A stretch of 61,648 bases of DNA, counting the filler, from Choristocarpus tenellus KU-1152 (taxonomy: Eukaryota > Protista > Phaeophyceae), in NCBI GenBank assembly GCA_964200185.2. It is 9 parts of 9 records of this genome, joined end to end, with 100 filler letters (N's around TTAATTAATTAA, not from the genome) between each part and the next. Parts side by side here need not be neighbours in the genome. Positions count along the whole stretch, not along the records: positions 32,773 to 41,699 come from CAXNAD020004186.1; positions 41,800 to 45,700 come from CAXNAD020017245.1; positions 45,801 to 49,967 come from CAXNAD020015882.1; positions 50,068 to 54,726 come from CAXNAD020013586.1; 5 more parts are not named here. One strand, given 5' to 3'. This document shows positions 40,201 through 52,976 of the stretch, piece by piece. A model generated the notes under the pieces. That model did not search any database, had not been told where the DNA came from, and was given only the letters and a program-made list of their open reading frames with translations. The translations under genes were made by a program, and so were the position numbers. Each line of letters opens with the position of its first letter. Positions within the stretch are counted from its first letter, which is position 1.

Positions 40201-41244
40201 GTTTGTTGTCTCTGACTGTACTACCAATGAACACAACAAGACAGGAGGAAGTGAAAGCGTCGTTTTGATTATTTTCCAAATAGTTTTCAAAAAAAAAAAT
40301 TCCAAACCGTTTTGTTCGAATTTTGTTGTGGACCACTTGTCTGCTGTGAGAATGAACCCAGCAGCAGCAGCAGCAGTGTTCTTTTATCGAACATATTGTA
40401 GAAAAGTAGAAACTGCTCTCTTCTGTCCTCTTTTTCCAATATTGGCTGTAACATATTGTTTATGCAAACACGTAATTGTTTATGCAAACACACTGTCTGC
40501 AGGACAAACAAAGGCGAAGTCCTACGGGGCGGTCAATCGAAAGGAATGCCAGTGACCACACCACACCAATTAAACCCGGAATGATGCTGGGACCTGGGAT
40601 GGGGCAAGGGCCGGGACCAGGTACAGACTCAGGTCCTGTGCAGGTTCCAAGGCAGGGGCAGAGGCTAAGGCCGACAAAGGGTGCGACACCTCAGAGAACA
40701 GCGATCAACCCTTGGACGATGGCGGTGAGTTTTAGGTTTTAACGCTTCATCCCCACTCTCAACCTATTAGTGTCTAGGGCAATTGTGAAAGCCTCCTAAT
40801 GTCAGTCTTGGAGCATTGGGCAAGTGGGGGGGTTGTATGCCAATCCTCAGGGTCACTTCAGAGGTGACTGTCTCATCCCACCTCAACCCGTGGTGTCTAA
40901 GGCCCTTCGTCACTGGCAGAAACTTAGTTTCTGTCCCATGACCAAATATACAACACCGTCCCACTCACCCCACCCTGCCTAATGGTCCCCCTCCTCTATG
41001 TCCCTGTTTGCTGTGACAGGGGTCTAGTCAAACACCATCGCTCAGAGGTGGAAAAGGCAACCCTGCTAATGCAGGGGGATCAAGACGTTCTGTCTCCTCA
41101 AGAACACGCCTCCTTCCCTCCTCCCATTCTGATGGTCCAAGGTCAGGCACTGCTGGTACAGGGCTGGATACACGATTAGACACGCAAGCCAGGTTTTGGC
41201 AGAACCAGTCAACCAAGGGAGTGGCAGAACAGAGAGGGAGGCAG
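37237..41244 (+). CDS. SDS22-type LRR plus coiled-coil protein, LRRCC1/VFL1-like (3' lost at contig end). Exons 37237-37497, 37730-37936, 38357-39271, 40503-40724, 41020-41244
   Basis: LRRs LSLHSNRV, LNLSSNEL, LDLSCNRI, LLLPYNRL, LDVRDNHL; LRR cap NPLC..YR..SLVKLDG; phase-0 GT-AG junctions. Confidence 0.75.
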
Positions 41245-41634
41245 GTGATACCTGTTGCTGGGTGGGCGGGAGGGGGAGGGAGGGAGGGTGCGTGGGGCTG
41301 ATACATTGGGAGGTGGGGGGGGGCATCTGCCTCCAAAGGATCCATGTGTGTTGTTGTCATCAACATGTCCTCCGACATACTTAGGGTTAGGTTCATGTAA
41401 ATCCATGGAAACTGTGATAGCTCTCTTGCGTTGTCCTGGTAGGGTTAGGGGTTGTGTGGGTGGTGAAGGTGGAGGGATGGATGCAGTCATGTTGAGAGGC
41501 GGGTGGGGAGTGCAGAAGAGGGGTCTTGGTGTCAGACCTTGTCAATATCACCTCCTATAAGAAGCAGCTCCCTTTGAGACATTGCGTAGTTGATCTGCCA
41601 AAGTTGATCAGTTCTATATATTTTTCCCATCTAC

Positions 41635-41675
<41 letters not shown>

Positions 41676-42147
41676 AGCCCCGCCCCACACCCAACACCCN
41701 NNNNNNNNNNNNNNNNNNNNNNNNNNNNNNNNNNNNNNNNNNNTTAATTAATTAANNNNNNNNNNNNNNNNNNNNNNNNNNNNNNNNNNNNNNNNNNNNA
41801 TGAAAAAATTGACCCCAAATGGACAGCCGCCACCCCCTCCCAGATACTTTGAGCCTACTACATGTCCATTGGGTCACCCTCTCACTCTACGTTTATCATT
41901 GCCCCATTGTAGAGGTTTGTGGAAGTGGTCCAGGCAGGAATCGATCCCACAACCTCTTAATGTGTGAGATATTGAGATACCACAATTCACTGGGGCAGAC
42001 AGTCCCAAAACTATTGGGATGATCGCCCACGGCTGAGTTACCCCTCTTGAGCCCATTCCTGGATCCCTCTCTCACTCCTTTTTCCTCCCTCTGTATAAGG
42101 AGTCGGGAAAGTGGTACAGCCTGGATTCATTCGCCAGACTCTGGTAT

Positions 42148-42237
42148 TGTCAAATATTGAGATGCCACTGTTCCACTGGGGAAGATTGTTGTGCAACTGT
42201 CAGTCCCAGTGGAAAGGTCATACCTCAATATTTGACA
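42148..42237. repeat. About 90-nt imperfect hairpin
   Basis: tgtcaaatattgag/ctcaatatttgaca outer arms and ttccactggg/cccagtggaa inner arms. Confidence 0.7.
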
Positions 42238-42359
42238 TTCTACCCGCGTCTACCTCCCTCCTCCTTTGCCCGACTTAGAAAATCTTCCACTTCAATCTCT
42301 ACTCCACATAATCCCCGATATCATATACTTTGAAGTACCACTACCATAAAATATGTGCT

Positions 42360-43972
42360 CTACAGTATAGTACCAGGTTTGGTGCCATAAGTGTGCAACT
42401 TAAGATCTCGTTGGTCACCAGATGCACCCCATTCCCTGCTTCTTACCATGTTATACAACACGAGGTAGGCGTCTTGAGAAGTAAACACCCCCAGTCTGCT
42501 ATGTGGTACCTCCTTCCACCAAAGCAAACTCTTGCTTGACCTCGACATTGACTCCTGCAAGCCAACCCCTGCACCTGCCTTTGCCCCGTTTCTTGTCTCC
42601 ACCTGCTCTCGATTCCTGAGATGTGAAGGCCGGTTCAGTAGACCATCAGGGATGTTGAGAGGAAGGTCACCCCCATGCGGGTCAGGAGTAATACTCTCCC
42701 TCCATTGTTCCTTGATATTCCTATTTTCACAATAATGCGGTCCAGCTGCAGTGTCGGGTCCAGTTTTGGCCTCACATCTCGTATTGCCATTAAGCTGCTC
42801 CTCGCATTTTTCGTTGTAGTCACTGAAATCGATCAGGTACTGCCGAAGTAATCCTTTGTTGTGATATGCCTGAGGCAGGTGTGAGTTTTTGCTTGAATAT
42901 TTTTTCATGTTCATATCCTACTCTAAAGGAGTATTACTACAATTTATGGTTGTGTCTGTATGTGTATAATTATGTATGGAGATTCAGAATTCACAAATCA
43001 AGTGCCTGTGCAGGATTGCAGATTGCCAGCATGTCTATGGTGAGTGATGCACAGTACAATTGTGAAGATTGGCAGGAGCATGTCAAGCAGCACCATATAT
43101 ATATATTATATGTGATGACAAAGTACCTTCAGTATCGTACTACTCGAGGTTTCAATTTCAGTAGAGCACAAACTGCGCAAATTCCATGTGTTGCGCTTCA
43201 AATCTCCAGCAAATACGTACACATCCTCCATCCACCTGTATGCTGCCTTGCAATGGCAAATTGTTGCAGGAGGAGGAGCGTGGATGGGCTACCACACAGC
43301 AGAAAGACCTGTCCTGCTTGGGATAGGGGCTGTACAGAGAAGCTGGCACTGAGACTGAGCAACCAAGATGCTCGCCTAACAGGGTTCTACAATTGATCTT
43401 ATCATTATTAGGCCTGTCAGTTCTTTGACATCCACTTGGTTTCTAGGGCAGCAAAGAATCCTCCTGTTGTTTTACTTCTTCAAACAGAAGGTGGCACAAA
43501 CCATACACCATATAAGTAGCATGAATTGTGGGGGACTAACCTTGGATACATGCCGTTGCCTTCAAATCACCTTCCCCAATGGCCACGTCGCACAAAACTT
43601 TGTCCATACTTTAGGGGAGTGTTGATGTTATCTTCCCCTATGATAGAGTCTTTGACCTCAAATTAAAATCACTTTTGTTTCTTGGTTAATCAAGTTAAAA
43701 CTATTATAGGAATAAAATAACATTTCAACTACTGCAAGTCACAATATCTGAAAGAGAGCAATCTGAACATTCCCCACTGTCCCTCATTCTATCACAAGAC
43801 TCTCATCCTGCACCTTGTCCATTGTGAGAGAGTGGTTGGACGGATCTCCGATCCCAGCGCTCATCAACTGGATCGTCCCCACATCTGGTTTTAGCATAGA
43901 TCGTTCCACTTCTGCCGCAATCCCACCAGCACTGAGAGGCATGAGGGCCTCAGCTGGGTCTCCCCTCCACTC
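42360..43972 (-). CDS. Internal exons (43972-43814, 42869-~42375) of a protein with a gelsolin/villin-like segment
   Basis: Phase-compatible exons; KEVPHSRLGVFTSQDAYLVLY resembles the gelsolin-repeat motif VP..G.F.S.D.Y.VL. Confidence 0.5.
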
Positions 43973-46149
43973 CTGTTATAGGCGAGTCAAGGGATGACAG
44001 ACAGGGTAGGATCTGTTAGATACCATGGGAGAGGAGCGGTGGAATAGGATAGGGCAGTGCAACCTCAATCCGATCAGCCCAAGTTGGGTCTTGGATCTAC
44101 TCTTTGGAAGGGAAAAAGGGACCAAAAATGTATGTTGAAGATGACAAACGGTGGGCAAGTTCCTGCAGTCATTGGTGTTTTATTTTAACGTTTTGCTGCT
44201 CCTTCTGTTATATGCGTGCATCATGGATCGAAAAAGGAGGCAGAGTGAATGCAGGAGGATATTGGCACCTTTGTCAACGAGTAATTGCTGACTCCCAAAC
44301 AATTGTATCTTGAACCCGACCCTAACCCCAACCCTTAAATCGTAAAATGTTCTTATAATGCACAGCTGAGGAACTGCTGCGATCCAATTTTCGCGCCTTC
44401 AATAATGTATCTGCTACTACTGCTCCAAAGTACTCATCGTCTCAGATCTTTCATTAGTCCCTTTCTGGACCAATACACTCCATCCCACCCACCAAATTCC
44501 GTTGGCATTCAATTAAGCACTGCCCAAATTTTGAAGCAGAAAAATAATTTAAAAATGCACCACCATGCAGACAATTAGGACACTAGAGCAGTATTTTTTT
44601 CTTCGTTTAGGAAAACTAGGTTTTCTTCTTTGTCGAGCTCTGTGAGTTCAAATGAAGGGATAAACCAGATGTCAAATAAATATATATATACTTGCCCCCC
44701 TACCTGCTATTCCTACAGAGCCTGTCAATACCTGCCAAAGCTGCAAGCAAAGCATCCGTAATACAAGGCATCTTGCCCCCCCCCCCTGAAATACATACAA
44801 CTGCAATAACACCTCCTCCTTGCTGTCCAGGCTTCCATGACGTGTTGCTTCGTCCTATCTGATGTATTTGACTGCTCTCTCTTGCCTGATTAGGTCACCC
44901 AGAATTGGAAAATACGGTAGAAGTCGTGGGTTAATATTTTTTTGACTGCGAGGATGGATAAGACGTGGTAGAATGACATAATTTCTGGGTCAGTACATTG
45001 TTTTTGAAAGTATGGTCCATGCAATACAATACAACAATAATTCACCAACCACATATCCATTAGTTCTGTAGATTGGTGATGTTGTACACATTGATTAAAC
45101 AACCTCGAACTCAGCAAGTCAAGATGATAGCTCAGCTCTTTTACCTGAACTTGGGAAAAATCATTCAGATACAAGAGTTTGGCCCTTGGTAGTTTCTCAT
45201 TTGGTCAACTAATCACCCAACATTTCTGTGTCTGGGTATGGGGTTGAGCTGGCAAGACGCAGATGCCACCGTTCTAGGAAACTTCGAATTTTTAAAAAAT
45301 CACCTAGCAAACCGGCTAACCTCTACATTTTTGGGAGCATTGGAAATTTTGTTTGGTAGATATTTACACAATAAAACTAGGCAACAGCTCTCCATTTCAA
45401 ACGGGTTCTTGAAAGAGAAACCAGGTTTAAGATGTCATACCTTCCGTCTTCTCAGGAAATACGTTCCTAGAAAAACATGCTCAATGGTCTCAACAGCTCT
45501 AAACCACTCTGTACAGTCTCAACACTTGGTGCTCTTTATGGCTCAACGTATCTGGGGGTGGGTGGCGGCTGTAGCCATTTGGAGTCCATTTTTCCATGTC
45601 ATATCTTTTTGGGGGTTGTTTGGTTGCATGCATCGGATGGATAACAAAAGTGCACTTTTCCTGGTCAGGGCCCAAATGGACACCCTGGTGTAGACCCCCC
45701 NNNNNNNNNNNNNNNNNNNNNNNNNNNNNNNNNNNNNNNNNNNNTTAATTAATTAANNNNNNNNNNNNNNNNNNNNNNNNNNNNNNNNNNNNNNNNNNNN
45801 CTACTCCAAAATGGTTCGGAGTAGGTAAAATGCACACATTCTGAAAAGGAGTGTCCAGAACAAAGATACTGACATTTCCTAACAAAAATGATAGCCAAAA
45901 TTACATCAAAATTGCAACATTGGATTTTGGCTCCCAAATGGACGCGGCTCTACCCTCTAAGATAATTTGGGTCTGTATTCACATTTAAATTTTAGAAGGC
46001 TCCAAATAGTAAAATGTAAAACAATATATAAATATATATATATGCATGTACTTACAGTGTTAGTAATGGATACAACATGGAAGTAGAGTGAATTATTAAA
46101 TAGGGAGGCGTGACCTTGATGTGGCCGATCTGAATGTTAAAAAAAATGA

Positions 46150-46410
46150 TGGTCAGCCATAGATTTGAATGTTCTAACATGGCTGAGTCCATGGGCATTG
46201 CTACTCAACATGTTCAGGGCCGCTGGCTGGCCATACACAACCAAGTTCGAACATGACAGAGTCCATCACCATCACAACTCAACATGACACCACCACCAGC
46301 CTGCCATGTACAACCAAGTTTGAACATGACTGAATCCATGGCCATTGACATTTCAATATGACCAGCCCATGTGCCAGTCCATGGTCCTATAGCCAACAGT
46401 GAACATGCTA
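46150..46410. repeat. CATG-rich degenerate tandem repeat (similar texture at 49230-49370)
   Basis: caaccaagtt.gaacatgac twice; catg.ctga.tccatgg.cattg twice. Confidence 0.55.
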
Positions 46411-48312
46411 ACTGCCCAACCCAGTGAAAATCCCTGAAAATCATACTATCATAAAAATAGTATTGACAATCTTCCTCCTGACACATGAAATTCAACTGTT
46501 TCAAGGTAGTATTCATACATAGCCTTTCAGTAAACGCAAAAAACTATTTAAAACGCTCCAAAAAACGCACCCCCCTGCCCAAATGCCAGGTAATTTTCCC
46601 TGTAGCGGTTTACATACAATCCACACGTTTCACAATCAGCACTGTTACTAGTGTCACCGGTATATACTATAATACTATTGAGTGCCCTATGGTCTTGTTG
46701 CCACACACCATCAGTGCAATATGATTACTACATTGTTAAATTTAATAGTGCCCACAACTAGATGTTGTGAACATTTGCATCCTTTCTGATAATGCACGTT
46801 GAACTCTTCTGAGAAATTCCCATCAGAACATAGCAAGACAAAAATAGGTCCCTTAATTATGACTGCATGGTCCAGTATGGTCCCATGGACCAAAATGGTT
46901 TGTGATCAAAAGTGGCATTTTAGAGCAAACTTCGTAACCAGTAGACAAACTAAGATGGACCAACATACTCTACAACAACGGGGCTAATTAGCAGTGCATA
47001 AGACGCATTATACCTAGTTTGGAGAGGGTATCTTTATGCAATAAGACAGCAAAACACGGTAGTAGTCAACAATCAGCATATTTGTAGATTTCTTAGCTGG
47101 AGGTAGCCTATGAGCTCCTGAAAAAGGAATGCACATCTCTAAATCCGGTAGTGGAGGTCGGATCTCTTCTCTGTATACCTACCTGTACCATCCTGTCTGT
47201 CATCATTAAACCACAAATAAGAACACGAATACATGAATCAATTGTAGTGGCAAGGCTTCACAGCAATCAGGCAAGTATTGCAAAATATTTGAGGGAGCAG
47301 GTGTAGTGACAAGCAGTGGGGAGGCTGAACCCAAGACAAGAGATGACATTGAAGGCATGCATGGGGCAGGAGATGAAATTTGTTGCAGGGTTATTTCCTC
47401 CTTGATATGCAATCATAGGACTGTTGAAGTATGCAGCAAGGAGAATACCAGCCTGTAAGGGACAAAGCATCTGACCTCTTGGTGTTCAAAGTTGCGTTCT
47501 AACATTCTTGATGGTCGACAAGGCCCTGGAAGGGGGGGGGTTATGATGAACTTGAACCCCCAAACACAAATATACTTCTGTATTGGCACTAGCAATTTGG
47601 AAAGCCAGAAATTTTTTTAGAGTGGATGAAAAGAGGAAATACACAATAAGGAGAGGACAGGATTGGGGAGTTCAATACAACTTCCTGGGTGCCTTCCATT
47701 TTAAGTAGGAAAAATTCAGCAACACTTGTCCGTATCACACGTGCACCCCCAATTGCAGGAACTTCTGTGTGTTTGTGTGTGTGTGCGCGCGCGCATGTGT
47801 AGTTTGTATGTGTCACACACTGTTCTCTTGAGGTGTTCAAGGGTTGGAAAGAGACAACCTACTTCCAAGCAAGTAGTTTGATGACATTGGCAAGTGAAAA
47901 GGAATCCCAGTTAGCAGCATCCATCGCTTCAGTTGATACATATTCAAAAGTCACAAACCTGGCATTATATGAATAGTGACTGAAAGCACCTGACAAAGAA
48001 TTTGTAATGTAATGTATAGTTTTATCATCTTCTAGTCTCGCTGGAAGCCATCATCTACCAAATGTCCTACCAAAGGACCATCCGACCACGCACAATGACA
48101 CCCCCACATAATTCATGCGCGAGAAACTTCCACCTTACCATCCCGTGCCACGCCTATGCACATTTCTAAACATCTTCACACACCCATGAAATATTTACGT
48201 GAAGCAGATTTCCACACACCTTAACAGCATGGGCTCTTATGCTCACTCATAGCTTATCATTAGCCCCTTCATCCTAGATCGCCTTCTTGATAGCCATCGT
48301 GAATGGTCAAGC

Positions 48313-48897
48313 TCACTCGGCCTGGGTGACCTCCTCGACAACCTCCTCCTTCCCCAGGAATTTGGCTACCACAGGAGTCAATGCTACAGTTGGCGGGAAC
48401 CGGATGGGGGACGCGGCCTTGTGAATAGCGTACGCTACGGCAACTGTCCCTGCGTTCTCCGCTGTGGCACCCGCAGTGATGCCGAATTTGCTGAGTAGGG
48501 TTTGCATGTCCACCCCGTTTGAGACTGCAAGGTAGCACACTCCAAATGAGACCAAGGCCAACGAAATGGAAGTGATCAGGTACGCTGACCCGTACCTCTT
48601 CAGCAGGTCCTTCGCTTGCGTAGCACCTTCTCCCCCACCCGACTTCAGTGCACTGAATAGACCTGCTTCAAGCCCGAACTTCTTCGTCGTCTCCTCCGGC
48701 CCAAGTTCCTCATCCGTCATTTGCAAACCCAATCCTCGACCAACCCAGTAAGAGGCAGATGGCATCGCTAGCGGTCGTGGTCCAGGTGTCCGCGATACCA
48801 CAGAGGTAGAACGCGATACTGGCTGTGGTGAAAAGCAGGATACCATGGTAACCAGGGCCACCAACAGGAGGGGAGTCATAAGAAGTCGACGACTCAT
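48313..48897 (-). CDS. DUF1279 (FAM210-like) protein, plastid-targeted, single exon
   Basis: LLKRYGSAYLITSISL...GVD...AVAYAIHKAASPIRFPPTVALTP; signal peptide ending VSC-F. Confidence 0.9.
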   Translation of the reverse strand: MSRRLLMTPLLLVALVTMVSCFSPQPVSRSTSVVSRTPGPRPLAMPSASYWVGRGLGLQMTDEELGPEETTKKFGLEAGLFSALKSGGGEGATQAKDLLKRYGSAYLITSISLALVSFGVCYLAVSNGVDMQTLLSKFGITAGATAENAGTVAVAYAIHKAASPIRFPPTVALTPVVAKFLGKEEVVEEVTQAE

Positions 48898-49501
48898 ATT
48901 ACTGAATGAGAACCCTCAGAGAGCTTTTCCTAGATCTTGAAAGCCGAGGAGCGTGCTTAGAGCTGTGTGAATGGGAAGTTGATCGTCACGATACCTCTTT
49001 GTATGTGCGTGCTAAGCTTCTTAGATCTAGTCTCTCCTCTCCTGTCTATCCCCTCTTTGTATGTATGTGGTTGAAGCCAACAGTGGAGGTATCACTAACA
49101 TGATGGAGTTCGAATTGTAGGTGCATTTTTCGATCAATTATTGTGGTTTGTATGTATTATTAAGTCTTTTCATAAGACCACCAAATAAAAAAAAGTCCCG
49201 TCCACCACCTACACCACTCCCACAATTATTTAACATGTCCCAGTCCATGTCCACAAGCTATTGTACCAGTCCATGTGCACCTGCTGAGCAGTGTAACTTT
49301 TTCCCTTGCATGTTCAGACCATGGTTGTCCATGAGAGTAAAAAAAATCTGGCATGTCCAGACCATGTCCCCTACATCTAATAGAAGTGTGAATGTGAGAC
49401 AGTCACACACAAACAGAGATCACAATCAGGTTAGACAACGTATTTGAATTAAACTTACAATAAATATTCCAAATAAAACTATATGAAATGGGTTAAAGAA
49501 G

Positions 49502-49841
49502 GGAGTAGTTAAATCCTGGCTACGCCAAATTGTGTCGGTAACTACTCAAGTGGCACTGTCTAGACGTGTCATGCGTTTTAAGCTGGAATCGCCAGGGAGA
49601 TGGGCACAGAGGGGTTGCTTGGATTCTTGCGATGCCTCCCTAGCTCCTCCCGGGACACAGGTATAGGTAGATTGGAGACACAGGAGGGCAGTAGAACAAC
49701 ATAGTGGTGAAGTAACAAACGGATAGGAATTTTTCACATTATTTATGACATTTTATTTCTTTAGAGCTTATACTGACAATCTGTATAGTTTTCATTGGTT
49801 CCCTTCTGACACATCTTCAAAATGTCAGAGGGGATAATAAT
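49502..49841 (+). repeat. Unclassified ~350-bp dispersed repeat, copy 2
   Basis: Aligns with 20484-20845. Confidence 0.85.
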
Positions 49842-50154
49842 AGTTACAGTGTTCTCACGTTTAGGATAATTTATTTCTTTAGGGCTAGTAACGACATAGA
49901 GGTTTTCCCCCTCCTTACACATCTAACAGGGGATCCTCAAAATTGGGGATGGCCCCGGACTATGGGGNNNNNNNNNNNNNNNNNNNNNNNNNNNNNNNNN
50001 NNNNNNNNNNNTTAATTAATTAANNNNNNNNNNNNNNNNNNNNNNNNNNNNNNNNNNNNNNNNNNNNGTAATTACGATATTGAAAAAAGATTGCAAGTTG
50101 CAGATGGCCCCCAAATGGATGTGGCTCTACCCTCTAAGATACTTTGGCTCACCA

Positions 50155-52150
50155 CGGTTCCATGTTCTTGTTGATCGTCGGACTCTGTTGTTAGCCAGCA
50201 TTCGTTGAAAACTTGTATCGTGAGAGTAGCATTCCCTAGTGCCATCTTCACCGATGCTCTTCATAACCATGCCTCCCCAAGGCATCTCATCAATGTAGAC
50301 AGACACCTCTTCCCTCCATTTGCCGTGTCCCATCAGACTGTAAATTTGTGTGTCCCTGTTGTTCTCAACCATGAACACCTTTTAGAATCTTGAAAGTCAC
50401 CCTGGACAAGTTTATGGGGCTAGCTCTCTCCTCCCTGAGAAGCAAGAATGATCTTCTTGACTCTCCTTGTGCAACCTCCAAAATCGGAGAAACATCAGGA
50501 CTCGCAAAAAGGCCCCCCACGTTTCATGCTTACGCCAACAGTTGAATACTTAGGAATAGGCATGAAGTATTGCACCGGCTTGCATCTCAAGTCGTGTATG
50601 AAAGTACTTCATCCCCTTGATGTCTGAGTGGAAAGAGAGCTTGCCAGGTTTGTGTGTGTAACTTTACAACCAACCTCCTATGGGCTATACTTCCCCAATG
50701 GGTAGCTGAGAGTCTCTGCCTACAACCCCTTTCAGGCCTTACAGTGTAAATCAGCGTTGCAGCAGCGTCAATGATCTCCGGGAGTCCACAAGTCCACACT
50801 ATTCAAGGTGCTTGATAGCTGATGAGGGTAATGTGCCCGAGGGTGTGCTAATGGCATAGGGTCAACTTCTGTCACTCATTGGTGTTTGTTGCGCGAGCCC
50901 TGATATCTGATTTTATTCTGACTTGTTTATTTTTCCATGAAAGTTTTTGGAACCCCTCCAACTTCTTCGATATAGTCTGGGGAAAATTCTGTGAGATGTC
51001 CTAGACGCTTTGCCTTTTTGCCCCCCAACTCCTCCGTCTCGCTGCAGAGTTCAGTATAGGGCAGGGCAGTCCAGGAGCCCACACCATGTCCTGATGCACC
51101 GCCATTGTAGACTTTCCATTCCTCCTGGCTGTAGTCATAAGAACCAAATCCAGCCCCAGCTCCCTTAGACACCAGTACACCTTACCGTTAAGGTGTAGGT
51201 TTGCGCTTGGTTCGTCAAGTGATGACTAAATCATCTCGGATGGGAGACAGGTGGACATTGGCATTGCCTCCCGAGTTGCACAGGATACTGGTTTCCTTGT
51301 CATGCGAGGAGCTGAGCAACAATCACACTCTGGTCCTGAACCCCTTCATCTGTTGGTTGTTACCTTGATTGTGGAGAAGGAGCCCATCTCATCCCCTGTT
51401 GCTCCACCTATCTTCCCTGTTGTTGTCCGCTCTGGGATACTTTGTTATTTTGTTGATCTTGTAGGCGTGAGGGGGAACCCAGGTTCAGGCACCAACCCTG
51501 TGGGCACTCTGCAGTCAGAGTGTCAGCCCAATAGGAACGATGTTCCTGCCATCGATGGTTCCTTTTGAGATAGTATTCGCATTGGTTAGGCTCACGGAAT
51601 TTCTAGATGCCCCCCCATCCTTCCCGTCTTTGTCTGAATGCAGGCAGGTAGTTGAGGAGATGATTGATTTCTTCACTTTCTCATGGGTGATATCCAGATG
51701 TGTAATCAGATTTGCAATCATGTGTGGCGTGGCGTCCCTAATACTGTGGAAAATTGGTGCCCTCTTCATGCTCTCCAACGTGGGCTTATCCAGCTCCTTC
51801 AACTGGGTGAAAAACCGGTCTAGCTGTAGTGCAAAGTCAGTGCTTTCCTGGGAAGCTGATCATCGCAATTCCCGAAGTTATGCTTCCGGTGTTATCATCT
51901 GCAAGGGGATTCATCCTCGTTGCACCTGTCCATGTATAGGTGGCTTCTTCAGATCGTTATCTAAGATTTCAAGGTTCGTATCCTTTGTAAATTTAATCTG
52001 TAGTCTGACTGCTATTTGTGGAAGTGGGGGAGATCTGACCAGGATAGATGCCAGAAGAAAGGAGTGGGAGCTCAAACGGTCCCCTTGGCAATTGAAAGGA
52101 GTGATTGTCCAAAAGGAAGAGTCACCTGAATTGCGGTGGTCACTCATGTG
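50155..52150 (-). mobile_element. Decayed Ty1/Copia LTR retrotransposon (gag, protease and integrase remnants)
   Basis: Ordered remnants: gag-like FALQLDRFFTQLKELDKP, protease-like WKVYNGGASGH, pre-integrase KRLGH, integrase-like IVWTCGLP; many stops and frameshifts. Confidence 0.6.
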
Positions 52151-52976
52151 CCTTTGTTATTATTTCATCTCCCGAAATATTCCATGCACGCACACATACA
52201 TATGTATATATGTGATAACGTCTGAGAATTAGTGTCTCTACACAATGTCTTGAAAGTATTCTGTTCTCACGGGAACATATCATCGTTTTCTAATCAGTGC
52301 AGTCCTAACTACAATGCAGATCAATAATACGTAAGTCCTAATGTACTATTATTAATGCATCATTGGTGGCATCACATGGACTAAAGTGAAATGTAGCCTC
52401 ACACATAAAAGAGGAACGCCTACCTATGCAAAGGGTCCTAATCTGCACATATTCTGTGCTGTGATCCCCTCTCCATTCCCAGCACCGCAGCTAGACTCAC
52501 TACCCTATCATCCATCAACTCCTGTAGCCTTGTTTGAACCAATTCTTGCCTGCACTGGTCTTGCTGTCCACAATGAATAGTTTGTACTAGGAAGTCACCT
52601 GAGTTTTCAGCACTAAAAGATCAACCCCTACGTTGTTTGGCAAAGGGAGACATATCCCCATGAGGATCTCTGTCACACTAATGTTCAGTCAGTTTTGGTC
52701 ACCAGTGATGAGTATCGCCCATCTCTGATGAGCAGCACAGTGGTGCAAAAAATTGCTGTCAAGAGCTTTTTTGTCATAGTTTGTTTGTCATAGTGGTACC
52801 TGCTGACAACATTCGACTTTTTTATTATAATTACTTCCCTGAGCTCAATGCAAGCGTGAAATGAAGTATGATATCATAGCACATTTACAAGAATGGTGGG
52901 AGGTATGGTCTCATCAAGAACTCGCTCTTGTACCTCTTCCCCCACCCCCTACGCACTGTTGCTCTTGCTGACATAG

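Noticed and set aside
47206-47470. Candidate exon, open on either strand
   Set aside because: Strand and frame are ambiguous and no homology was recognised
52720-52755. Hammerhead-like CTGATGA followed by a stem
   Set aside because: Lacks the GAAA core and stems I and III
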